This document shows, piece after piece, positions 41,257 to 50,356 of a stretch of DNA of 64,000 nucleotides. The translations under genes and the position numbers were made by a program. A model generated the notes under the pieces. That model did no database searches and had not been told where the DNA came from. It saw only the letters and a list, made by a program, of their open reading frames with translations. The DNA lies in assembly GCA_950072105.1 (NCBI GenBank), contig CATMOE010000001.1, forward strand, positions 154,096 to 218,095, written 5' to 3'. Source of the DNA: an uncultured Dehalococcoidia bacterium (GTDB taxonomy: Bacteria; Chloroflexota; Dehalococcoidia; Lucifugimonadales; UBA3495). Position 1 is the first letter of the stretch. The number at the start of each line of letters is the position of its first letter.

Positions 41257-42286
41257 ATGTCAATCACCATCGATGAAATGCTGGACCTCCTCAGTTTCGC
41301 CGGGACCGAGCGTGCCAACGGAAACGCCAACCATGGCCGCAGAGGCCCTGTTTACATTAGACCGGGGCGAGTCGGTCCTCCCTTGGGTCGAGAAGTACAA
41401 GTCTGGCTTGATAGACGCGCCCGAGGCTACCAACCCAATCTCCCGATCTGACTGGCGGGAGTTTCTTGGGGACCGGAGCCGGTTGGGGGATTGGATAACC
41501 TTCTTCGACCGGGAGCTGGCTGAAAAGTCCTGGCAAGACACGCTGCAAGAATGGGTCCCCCCGCTGGCGCCCGCCGTCATGGCCGCGGCGACCCATGGCC
41601 TCCTGCGCACCAGTCACGCCGTACGCAGCCTGGCAGCCCAAGAAACGCCCCAGCGATTACATGAGTTGGCTCAGGGCTTGGGGTATTGGGCGGCCCGATA
41701 CCAAGTCTTGCCGGGTAGTCCTTCGTCCACCAACGGCGGATTCTCGCCCAGCTCAGCGATTGCCCAAGTCGACCGGCTGCACGGGCTTGATTTCGAAGGC
41801 AGCGGCTCCATCCAACAACAGATCATGGGCTTGGACGAACAACCGGAGTTCGCCCCGGCCATCGACCTGGTAGACACCGGCGGCGACCTTTCCGCCTTTA
41901 TCTCCAACATTACCGAAACCTTTGCCGGGTTATACTTGGCCAACCAGAAAAACCTCATCGCGTTCGTTCACACAGTCACGGCCCCCAGCTCGTTACGTAC
42001 ACTGGCGCCATATTTGGCGGAACCTGATGCGCGGTTGGCGGCCCTATACGCCTGGCAAGCCTGCGCCGGCATCTACTCCTGGTACTCTGTAGTCCCTCCA
42101 ATGGACACTACAGGCCTGGAAGCGCCCTCAGAAGACCGTGAGGATCTCATCGACCGGGCGGTGGCAGCCGGTGGCGCCCACTCCATCAAGTTCACTGAAG
42201 CCTGCTTGCGGGAATACACCATCAATCCCAATCCCGTGTACCTAGTGGCAGCCCGCGATGCCCCGGAGCGGGTTGGGCCGATCTAG
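41257..42286 (+). pseudogene. Questin-oxidase-like (DUF4243-type) gene with a frameshift near 41331
   Basis: The N-terminus MSITIDEMLD...NANHG is in one frame and MAAEAL...AAATHGLLR...GLGYWAA...H..KF.E in another; restored by a second CCATGGCC unit. Confidence 0.65.
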
Positions 42287-42348
42287 TAACTTGAGAAATC
42301 CTCGCTATTTTCCCCAGATCAGATGATAACGGCAGGAGGTAGCTCTTT

Positions 42349-43530
42349 ATGAGCTTGAGAGCTAAAGCGGCAGTGGTCGGTTTCGCCGAGCTGCCAACCC
42401 AACGCACCTACCCCGGCAGGACGACCAATTCCCTCTTGGCGGAGGCCTGCCGCATGGCCATCGCCGATGCCGGGTTGACAAAGGCGGACATTGACGGGCT
42501 GATCACCCGGGGAACCGACGTTACCCCCGTGGAACTGGGCGAATACATGGGTATGCCATTGAGCTTCAGCGAGGGCATTACCCAACACGGCTCCAGCGGC
42601 GCCCACTCTTTGGCACTAGCGGCGTCCTCGATCAATTCCGGATTGGCCACCACGGTGATCTGCACGTTCGGTGGGACAAGAGACCCGGCCATCGGCGGGC
42701 TCGCCCCCGGACAGGTTCGGGGGACTCCACCGGCTACCAAGGGTACCGAGTTCGAGGCCCCCTTCGGTATGGCCCCCGGCGCGAACACGGGTTACGGCCT
42801 GATGAAACGGCGGCACATGTACGAGTTCGGCACCACCCAAGAGCAGTTCGCCAAGATGGCGGTGAACCAGCGGTTCAATGCCCTGACCAACCCCAACGCC
42901 GTGTTTCACGACCAACCCATCACGGTGGACGACGTGTTGACTTCCCGGATGGTCAACGACCTTTTGCACCTGTTGGAGTGCGTGATGCCCTGCGCCGGGG
43001 CCGCGGCCTGCATCGTTACGTCGGCGGAACGGGCCAAGACCTTGCCCAATCCTCCGGGGTATATCCTGGGGGCCGCCGCCGGAGTGAGCGGCCACGACAC
43101 GATCTGGCAGGCGGACCGGATAACCACGTCACCGGTGGTGATATCCGCCCGCAAAGCGTTGGAGATGTCAGGCTACAGCCCCAAGGACATTGAGTTCGCT
43201 GAATTCTATGATTGATACACCATCCTTGAGGCCGTGTGCCTCGAAGATGCCGGATTCTGTGAAAAGGGCGAGATCGGACCCTTCTTCGACGAAGTAGACA
43301 CAACCTATAAGGGTACATTCCCTATAAATACCGACGGGGGGCAGCTATCGGGCGGGCAGCCCGTGGGCGGCGCCGGCGGCTTCCGCCACGTGATCGAGGG
43401 CGTCCGCCAGATCATGGGCCGGGCGGATGACCGCCAAGTCGCCAAGCACGACCTTTCCATGGTCAATGGTTGAGGCGGCACCGGGAGCGTGATGTGCACG
43501 CTCATATTGGGGACCGAAGCGACTACTTAA
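42349..43530 (+). CDS. Thiolase-like (SCP2/Ltp type) protein with two predicted selenocysteines (TGA 43213-43215 and 43471-43473), 393 aa
   Basis: One frame throughout: ...EFYD-U-YTILEAVCLEDAGFCEKGE...NTDGGQLS...MVNG-U-GGTGSVMCTLILGTEATT-TAA; a hairpin follows each TGA. Confidence 0.82.
43221..43249 (+). promoter_or_regulatory. SECIS-like hairpin 1 of the thiolase
   Basis: CATC-CTT-GAGGC-CGTGT-GCCTC-GAA-GATG; loop after 17 nt from the UGA. Confidence 0.72.
43485..43503 (+). promoter_or_regulatory. SECIS-like hairpin 2 of the thiolase
   Basis: GAGCGTG-ATGTG-CACGCTC perfect 7-bp stem; loop after 18 nt from the UGA. Confidence 0.7.
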
Positions 43531-43540
43531 CGAAGCCTAA

Positions 43541-43607
43541 TCCGTTCGTCCTGAGCTTGTCGAAGGACCAGCTAAGCGGGTGGTTCGACAGGCTCACCAC
43601 GAACGGA
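43541..43607. repeat. REP-like inverted doublet
   Basis: TCCGTTCGTCCTGAGCTTGTCGAAGGA ... TGGTTCGACAGGCTCACCACGAACGGA. Confidence 0.7.
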
Positions 43608-43634
43608 ATGAGAAAGGAATGACGAGGCAGGAAT

Positions 43635-44051
43635 ATGACCACGGAATACCAGAAACCTTTACCCAGGCCGCTTAGTCCCGGGCTGACCAAACCCTTCTGG
43701 GACGCGGCCAAGCGTCACGAGTTGGTGATGCCCCGTTGCCAGAAATGCGACCACTTCTTTTTCTACCCCAGGGAGGAGTGTCCCAAATGCCTCTCCCCGG
43801 ACATCCAGTGGGCTAGTGTGAGCGGCCGCGGACGGCTGCATACTTATACCGTCGTCCACCAACCGGTGAACCCCGCTTTCCGCGAGGATGCTCCCCACGT
43901 GTACTCGGTGATTCAATTGGACGAGGGTCCCCGCATGATCTCCAACATGGTGGAATGCGATTTAGACGACCTGAGAGTCGATATGCCGGTGGTGGCAGTC
44001 TATGATGATGTGACACCGGATTGGACTCTGGTAAAATTCAAACCGGCATGA
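43635..44051 (+). CDS. DUF35 Zn-ribbon/OB-fold protein
   Basis: PFWDAA, CQKC..FYPREECPKC, SGRG, LDEGPRM. Confidence 0.9.
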   Translation: MTTEYQKPLPRPLSPGLTKPFWDAAKRHELVMPRCQKCDHFFFYPREECPKCLSPDIQWASVSGRGRLHTYTVVHQPVNPAFREDAPHVYSVIQLDEGPRMISNMVECDLDDLRVDMPVVAVYDDVTPDWTLVKFKPA

Positions 44052-44091
44052 CATTCGGCAAACTCGGGTAAGGGTTGAGGTAGGGAGGGCA

Positions 44092-44688
44092 ATGACGTTA
44101 GATGGCAGCCCGTCACGGCGGGTCGGGGAGGTGGTTGAGGCTAACTCGGCATCGTTCACTGCCCAATGCTACACTCTCTACGACGCTCCACCGCTGGGCT
44201 GCATCGTGCGCGCCGGTTCTGCGGAGATCTACGGAGTGGTCTGCCGGGTGGCAACCGAGCCCTTGGACTCCTCCAGACCGGTGTTGGCTCGCGGGGAGTC
44301 TGCCGAAACCGAAGAAGAGGTCTTTCGGGACAATCCCCAACTTACCCGTCTGCTGACCTCCCGATTCGAGGCGTTGATCGCCGGTCACCGGGAGGGTGAT
44401 GCCGATAGGCATTACCTGCCTGCTTTACCGCCCCCGGTACACTCTTTCGTGTACACCTGCAGCCCCCAAGAGGTGGCCCGCTTTACCTCCCGATTGGACT
44501 TGCTGCGCCTGTTACTCAACTCCGGGCTCGCTATTGCCGATGAAGTCCTTGGGGCCTGCCTGCGCGGGGCGGCGGTGGCGCACGATGATTCAGAAGCTTT
44601 TCTGCTGAGAGCCGGAAAGGCCCTGGCCGCCGAGTTGGCCGGAGATTTGCCCAGGCTGAATTCCATCCTCAAGAAGGTGTCCCCATGA
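44092..44688 (+). CDS. HAS-barrel-like protein associated with HerA
   Basis: GEVVE...PPLG.IV...YGVV...PP.VH.FV; coupled to the ATPase gene. Confidence 0.65.
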   Translation: MTLDGSPSRRVGEVVEANSASFTAQCYTLYDAPPLGCIVRAGSAEIYGVVCRVATEPLDSSRPVLARGESAETEEEVFRDNPQLTRLLTSRFEALIAGHREGDADRHYLPALPPPVHSFVYTCSPQEVARFTSRLDLLRLLLNSGLAIADEVLGACLRGAAVAHDDSEAFLLRAGKALAAELAGDLPRLNSILKKVSP

Positions 44689-46412
44689 CCGGTGGCCCGA
44701 ACCAGAACGGAGATATTCCCAGTCCCGCCGCGGACGCTGATATGGATTCCCAGGGCGCCGCATTGGGATTGGTTGTAGACGGATCGCTGAGTCAAGGGGT
44801 AGAAGTGCGCCTCGACCCAGCCACCTCAGTTGAGGAGGTCAAAGTCGGGGCCTTCGTAACGATCAAGGGCGATAACAACAATTTCTTCGGCGTGGTCACC
44901 GACGTCAGCCTGGGAACCACCGACCCCAGGTTGAAGCACACCCCTCCCCAGGTGGACAACCCGTTCATCGCCCAGGTAATGTCCGGCACGGTGGCCTACG
45001 GGACCATCTCGGTCCTCCCCAACCTGATAATGCCGGCAGTCATGGGCGACTCCCATGAAGGCCCCTCTGCGGCGAAGACCATCCCGCCCCACTTTTCTCG
45101 CGCTTATGTGGCGTCCCAGCGGGACGTGGAAGCCGTGTTCGGACAAGAGGACCAGCGTCACTTCTGGATCGGAAGTCCCCTGGACATGGAGCACAAGCTC
45201 TGCATAGACCTGGACGAGATGGTGAAGCGGTCCATCGGCGTTTTCGGCAAGAGTGGCACTGGCAAAACCTTCCTCACCAGGCTGCTTCTGATAGGTATCT
45301 TGCAGCAGGGCCAAGCTTCGTCACTGATATTCGACATGCACAGCGAATACGGTTGGGGCGCCGCCGACCCGGAGAATCGCCGGTTCGCCAAGGGACTGAA
45401 ACAGCTATTCCCGGCCCAGGTTTCCACGTTCACCCTAGACGAAGAAAGCTCCAAACGACGACAATCTCCGTCCGATGAAGTTGTCCGCATAGGCTATGGG
45501 GAGATCGAGCCCGAGGACGTGGAGATGCTCCGGGAGACACTGAACCTTTCGGAGGTGGCGGCTTCCGCCGCTTTCAACTTGCAGCAAAAATTCGGCCAAC
45601 GGGAATGGATGTCCAAGTTCTTGGCCATGGAAGGACGCGATTCGATATTCGAGTTGGCCAATGATATCCAGGTGCAGCCCAACGCATTAGGGTCCCTGTA
45701 CAATCGGTTGAGCCGGTTGAAACGGTTCGACTTTCTGGTGGAATCCACCCGCCACGACGCGGCCAACCGGGTTATCGAGCATTTAGACCAGGGCCGGCAC
45801 GTTGTCTTGGAGTTCGGAAAGTACGGCCGGGACTTGACCGCCTACATGCTGGTGAGCAACCTGTTAACCCGGCGCATACATAACAAATACATAGACCGGA
45901 AAGAGGAGGCGGAAGGCGGACAGGGCCGCGAGCCCAGGCCCTTAGTGATTGTCATCGAGGAGGCCCACAAGTTCCTCAGCCCATCGGTGGCCTCCCACAC
46001 CATCTTCGGGACCATCGCTCGGGAATTGCGCAAGTACAACGTCACGCTGATGGTCATCGATCAGCGCCCCAGCGGCATCGATTCCGAAGTAATGAGCCAG
46101 GTCGGCACCCGGTTAACTTGTCTGCTGGACAACGAGCGTGACATTGAAGCAGTGCTGGAAGGAACGCCCGGCAGCCGGCAACTGAGGACGGTGTTAGCTC
46201 GTCTGGAGCCCAAGCAGCAGGCCCTTATATTCGGCCACGCGCTGCCGATGCCGGTGGTGATCCACACCCGGGAATACGGCTCCACTGATTCCTACGAGCA
46301 GTTGAGCCGCAGCGCTGCAGGATGGACGGCGCCCAGCCCCGGCGAAACCATCGAAACCCAAGGCGAGCGGCTGGAGCGGGAGATTTCCGAGCTGTTTCCG
46401 GAAGACGGGTAA
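44685..46412 (+). CDS. HerA/DUF87-family ATPase
   Basis: N-terminal HAS barrel, GKSGTGKT, FDMHSEYG, IEEAH, RELRK, DQRPS. Confidence 0.88.
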   Translation: MTGGPNQNGDIPSPAADADMDSQGAALGLVVDGSLSQGVEVRLDPATSVEEVKVGAFVTIKGDNNNFFGVVTDVSLGTTDPRLKHTPPQVDNPFIAQVMSGTVAYGTISVLPNLIMPAVMGDSHEGPSAAKTIPPHFSRAYVASQRDVEAVFGQEDQRHFWIGSPLDMEHKLCIDLDEMVKRSIGVFGKSGTGKTFLTRLLLIGILQQGQASSLIFDMHSEYGWGAADPENRRFAKGLKQLFPAQVSTFTLDEESSKRRQSPSDEVVRIGYGEIEPEDVEMLRETLNLSEVAASAAFNLQQKFGQREWMSKFLAMEGRDSIFELANDIQVQPNALGSLYNRLSRLKRFDFLVESTRHDAANRVIEHLDQGRHVVLEFGKYGRDLTAYMLVSNLLTRRIHNKYIDRKEEAEGGQGREPRPLVIVIEEAHKFLSPSVASHTIFGTIARELRKYNVTLMVIDQRPSGIDSEVMSQVGTRLTCLLDNERDIEAVLEGTPGSRQLRTVLARLEPKQQALIFGHALPMPVVIHTREYGSTDSYEQLSRSAAGWTAPSPGETIETQGERLEREISELFPEDG

Positions 46413-46471
46413 GAGCTAGGTCGAAGGTTCACCTTGCCCTGTTCGTATAGTTATCGCTGCCCCAACTACTT

Positions 46472-47593
46472 CTACCCCTCGGCCAAAACTTTGAGCCTGC
46501 TTATAATCTCCCGGTTGGAAGGCCGGTCGTTGATTCTCTTCCCTACGTACATCCACCGAACCTTGCCCGTCCGATCAAGCAAGAATGTGGCTGGGGCAGC
46601 TATACCGTCACCCAAAAGGTCATAAACGCCGTACTCCTTGACGACCGAGGCTTCGGGGTCGTACAGGATAGGGAACTCCAGCCCCAAACCATCAACCGCA
46701 TATGCAGCGCCGGAAAGATCATCGGTGCTAATGGCCAAGATATCCGCCTGCAGACTCTTGATCAGATCGTAATCCCCTTGCAACTCCACCAGTTGCGCTC
46801 GGCAATAGACTCACCAGAAGGCCCGGTAAAAGATTAGGACGACGTTGCCCCGTTCCAGGTAATCGTCCAAATAGACCTGCTGGCCTTGGGCGCTGGGCAA
46901 GACAAAACTGCGTGCGCTACCGGCCGCCGCATCGGTATCCACCGCGGCTGCTGGGGGGCTGACGGTCGTCGGGGTCGGATCTGGTATAGGCGTCTTAGTC
47001 GGCTCGATGGAAACAACGGCCGCCGTGGGAACTGGCGTGGCTTCTTCGGCCGATTGCTCCTTCCCTGGTTTGGCCGCCGTGTTTTGCTGGAGACCCAGCG
47101 TAGGCGGAGGAAGCGAAGTTGACGTCGGTAGTCGAACCACCGGCGGGACTACCGCAACGGGCACGGGTGTAACGGCGGGTGGTGTCGCAAGAGTAGTGGA
47201 GGTGGGAGCGATCGCAGGATTGACGGTCGGGACTGGCGCCGTGGTCGAGACCACCAGTACAGCTGTTGCCTCAGCGATCAACTTTTGTACTGCTAGCTTC
47301 GGTGAATCGGAAATAGTTTCGGTCGGCGGGACCTGAGGAGATGGGGCGAAGTCGGTCGTCGCTGGCACATTTACGGGCGTGGTGAAATTGGTCGCTGCCG
47401 GAGGTTCACCGATGGGCGAGGAAGCTTCGGCGATTTCAGAGGCTTGCCGATGGAGCGGCGTTGATTGGGAATCCCGCTGTACCGAGGAAAGATTCCCGGG
47501 TGGCGCGGAGGTTGCGCAAGCCGCGAAGATTAACAACAAGGCGAGCCACGCGGGCCACTTCAATTTGGCGATGGGAGAAATTTGGCGAGTCAT
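46472..47593 (-). CDS. Lipoprotein with Pro/Thr/Ala-rich linker and C-terminal AhpC/TSA (peroxiredoxin-like) domain with UxxC (Sec at TGA 46811-46813)
   Basis: ORFs 46811-47638 and 46472-46789 are in frame: VLIFYRAFW-U-VYCRAQLVEL...AISTD...PATFLLD; N-terminal LALLLIFAAC lipobox-like signal. Confidence 0.85.
46780..46796 (-). promoter_or_regulatory. SECIS-like hairpin
   Basis: Minus strand GCAACT-GGTGG-AGTTGC; loop after 20 nt from the UGA. Confidence 0.72.
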
Positions 47594-47675
47594 CAGGTTA
47601 CATACGATTGGCAGTGTCGAAAGGTTCCTTGGAATCACCGGTCAGATTGAATACGGCATTTTCTACCAGTAGGCT

Positions 47676-48974
47676 CTACGGCATGTCCTCCGGGTAATCC
47701 ATTCCGATGTGGCCTTGGGCTTCCAGCTCGGCGTATTCTTCGTCGCTGCAATCCAGGAGCGTCTTGTAGATGTATTCGTTGTCTTCACCCAGACGCAAGG
47801 GTCCTCGCCGAATCTTGATGGGCGTCTCGGACATCTTGTAGGGCGCGCCGGGATAGCGGTGGGTGCCCGTATCCTCCTGGTATACCTCTTCGAACACCTC
47901 GCGTTCATTCAAGTGTGGGTCTTCATAAGCGTCCCGTTGGTCCATGACCGGACCGGCGGCGACGCCCACGCTTTGAAGCATACGCATCACGTCATTAGAC
48001 TCTAGCTGTTCAGTCCATTGGGCGATGTTCCGGTCCAATTCATCGTGGTGCCGGTAGCGGGAGATGGCGTCGGCGAATCTGTCTTCCTGGCACCAGTCCG
48101 GATTGCCCAGGACTTGAACGAAGGCGGCCCAGTCCTTGTCGTCGAAAAGGGTGATGGTCACCCATCGGTCGACGCCTTTGCATGGATAGCAACCCTGGAC
48201 GGCATACGTATGGTGGTTGCCCAGTGTGCTGGCATTGCGGCCGTTCATGGAGAAGTCCATGAAGGATTGTCCCAAATAGGGCAATGTGTTCTCCGCCTGG
48301 GATAGCTCGATCAGCTGGCCCCTGCCGGTGCGTTTCCGGTGGTGCAGCGCCGCCAGGACGGCGAACGCCCCCTGAGTACCACCGGCGGCATCGGACATCA
48401 ACACCGTGCTGTTGGCCGACGGGTCCATGTCGGCATAGCCCCGCTGCAGGGTGTGGCCGATCACTCCCTCGATGTGCAGTCCATAGGCCCGGTGGTTCCG
48501 GTAAGCGCCTGTATTACCGTAGGCGGGCATGCGCAGCATGATGATCCCGGGATTCTGCTCCTGGAGCAACGAGTAAGAAATGCCCAGTTTTTCCATGGTG
48601 GATGTGGGATTGTTCTCTACGAAAACGTCGCTGATCTTGACCAGACGCTTAAAGATGTCCATACCGCCGGGCCGGAGAATGTCCAGGGTCATGCCCAGTT
48701 TGTTCCGGGCGTGGGCGTTGAAGATGGGATACCGGTTCCAAGGCCGGGCGGCGGGCACCCGGCCGGGCATGGCTCCGGCCCAAGGGGACATGTCCTTGAG
48801 GTCTTCCTCGGTTGGATGCGCCATGGATCCTCGCGCCAAAGGACCGAATGTGTTGAGGGACTCGATCCTGATCACTTCGGCGCCAAGGTCGGCGAGAAAC
48901 GACGTGCAGTACGGTCCGGCCCAAACGACCGTTATGTCAAGTACCCTGATTCCTTCTAATGGCAACTTGGGCAT
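47676..48974 (-). CDS. Class III CoA transferase
   Basis: PLEGIRVLD, WAGP, LGAEVIRIE, RNK, MSDAAGG. Confidence 0.9.
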   Translation of the reverse strand: MPKLPLEGIRVLDITVVWAGPYCTSFLADLGAEVIRIESLNTFGPLARGSMAHPTEEDLKDMSPWAGAMPGRVPAARPWNRYPIFNAHARNKLGMTLDILRPGGMDIFKRLVKISDVFVENNPTSTMEKLGISYSLLQEQNPGIIMLRMPAYGNTGAYRNHRAYGLHIEGVIGHTLQRGYADMDPSANSTVLMSDAAGGTQGAFAVLAALHHRKRTGRGQLIELSQAENTLPYLGQSFMDFSMNGRNASTLGNHHTYAVQGCYPCKGVDRWVTITLFDDKDWAAFVQVLGNPDWCQEDRFADAISRYRHHDELDRNIAQWTEQLESNDVMRMLQSVGVAAGPVMDQRDAYEDPHLNEREVFEEVYQEDTGTHRYPGAPYKMSETPIKIRRGPLRLGEDNEYIYKTLLDCSDEEYAELEAQGHIGMDYPEDMP

Positions 48975-48976
48975 GT

Positions 48977-50191
48977 CTAGATCGCTCCCTGCTGCCGAAG
49001 GCGCACAACATCGCCGCTGCTGTAACCCAGCCGGTTGAGGATCTCGTTGTTGTGCTCGCCCAGGAGAGGAGCAGGCCGGCGGATGGACCAGGGCGAGTCG
49101 TTCATGATGAATGGGCGCGCCGGGTAGTTCAGTGTCCCCGCAACCGGATGGTCGATCTCAATGAATCCGCCCCGGCTGTTGAATTCAGTATCGTCGGCCA
49201 ACTCCTCCATCGTGTTCAATGGCGCGCTGATCACTCTGGATTCTTGAGCGATGGCCCAAGCCTCCGCTTTGGTGTGCTCCAGGGACCACGTCAGAATCAT
49301 CGTGTCGAACTCTTCCTTAAGATCCGGGTCTCTTTGCGCACCAGGCGCGTACCACTTGGGGTCTTGCAATTCGGCGGGAGACCCCAACATGCTCACCGCA
49401 CGGGGGAAATAATTGCGCCCCGCCGAAATTTCGAGATACCCGTCGCTGCAAGGAATCGCGCCGTAGGGGTAACCGCCCCCGCTGCCCAGAGGACTCCGGC
49501 CCGTGATGTCGCCGCTGTATTGATAGCCGATCAACGTGCTCATCCGCCGGTCGATGGACCCCACCTGAGTTTCCATGATGGACACGTCCACATGTTGGCC
49601 GATCCCCTGACCTCTAGCTCCGAACAGAGCTCCCATGGTGGCAACCGATGCGGTGGCCCCAGCCTGGTAAAGGAGAACATTCACGCCCAGCTTGACCGGC
49701 TCCCGCTCGGCAATTCCGGTGGAGTACATCTCACCCCCCATGCCGTAGACCATCACTTCGGCCATCCGAAAATCCCGGTACGGGCCGGTCTGGCCGAAGT
49801 TGGAGATCGAGGTCATCACCAGAGTGGGATTGATCGATCGCAAAGTAGCGTGGTCCAGTCCCCAACAAGCCAACGTTCCGGGACGAAAACTCTCCACCAC
49901 AATATCCGTTTCCTTAACCAACTCCCTGACAACGGAGCGCGCGGCCTCGGTCTTCAGGTCCAGCGTTATGCTCTGCTTGTTGGTATTCAGGTGCAGGAAA
50001 AGACCGCTCTTCTCGCCATGGGGAACGTCTCCTGGGAACGGCCCAAGCCGCCGTGCGCCGTCGCCAACTCCTGGACGCTCCACCTTGATGACCTCCGCGC
50101 CGTAGTCGGCCAGCAGCTTGGTGCAGTAAGGTCCGGCGATCAAGTTGGTCAGGTCCAGGACTTTAACATCACTTAGAGCCGAGTCAGGCAA
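48977..50191 (-). CDS. Class III CoA transferase (probably non-catalytic subunit)
   Basis: AGPYCTKLLADYGAEVIKVE, NTNKQSITLDL, NFGQTGPY; catalytic Asp not evident. Confidence 0.88.
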   Translation of the reverse strand: MPDSALSDVKVLDLTNLIAGPYCTKLLADYGAEVIKVERPGVGDGARRLGPFPGDVPHGEKSGLFLHLNTNKQSITLDLKTEAARSVVRELVKETDIVVESFRPGTLACWGLDHATLRSINPTLVMTSISNFGQTGPYRDFRMAEVMVYGMGGEMYSTGIAEREPVKLGVNVLLYQAGATASVATMGALFGARGQGIGQHVDVSIMETQVGSIDRRMSTLIGYQYSGDITGRSPLGSGGGYPYGAIPCSDGYLEISAGRNYFPRAVSMLGSPAELQDPKWYAPGAQRDPDLKEEFDTMILTWSLEHTKAEAWAIAQESRVISAPLNTMEELADDTEFNSRGGFIEIDHPVAGTLNYPARPFIMNDSPWSIRRPAPLLGEHNNEILNRLGYSSGDVVRLRQQGAI

Positions 50192-50276
50192 GCCTTACCT
50201 CCATTTAACCTTGGAATGGTTGCTAACGAATATACCTGCCGCCCAACGCCCCGGCAATAGACGCGGCTAAATTCTT

Positions 50277-50304
50277 TTGACATCACCGGGCCTAAAGCTA
50301 TAAT
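50277..50304 (+). promoter_or_regulatory. Sigma70-type promoter
   Basis: TTGACA, 16-nt spacer, TATAAT. Confidence 0.7.
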
Positions 50305-50356
50305 GCAGGGTATTCAAGCCCTATATCTCAGCCCATAAATTCAGGAGGATTCAGGT

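Noticed and set aside
42349..43473. Thiolase as a nonsense-mutated pseudogene
   Set aside because: Both stops are TGA in active-site loops, each with a correctly spaced hairpin, and there are no frameshifts or other stop types. Disfavoured but not formally excluded.
4820..44051. Sec readthrough at other TGA stops (4820, 9279, 13969, 44049)
   Set aside because: The proteins look complete, no Cys-type motif is created and I saw no matching hairpin.
48959..50176. Long antisense ORFs (405 aa here, also 34839-36014 and others)
   Set aside because: Shadow frames of GC-rich genes on the opposite strand, with no recognisable motifs.
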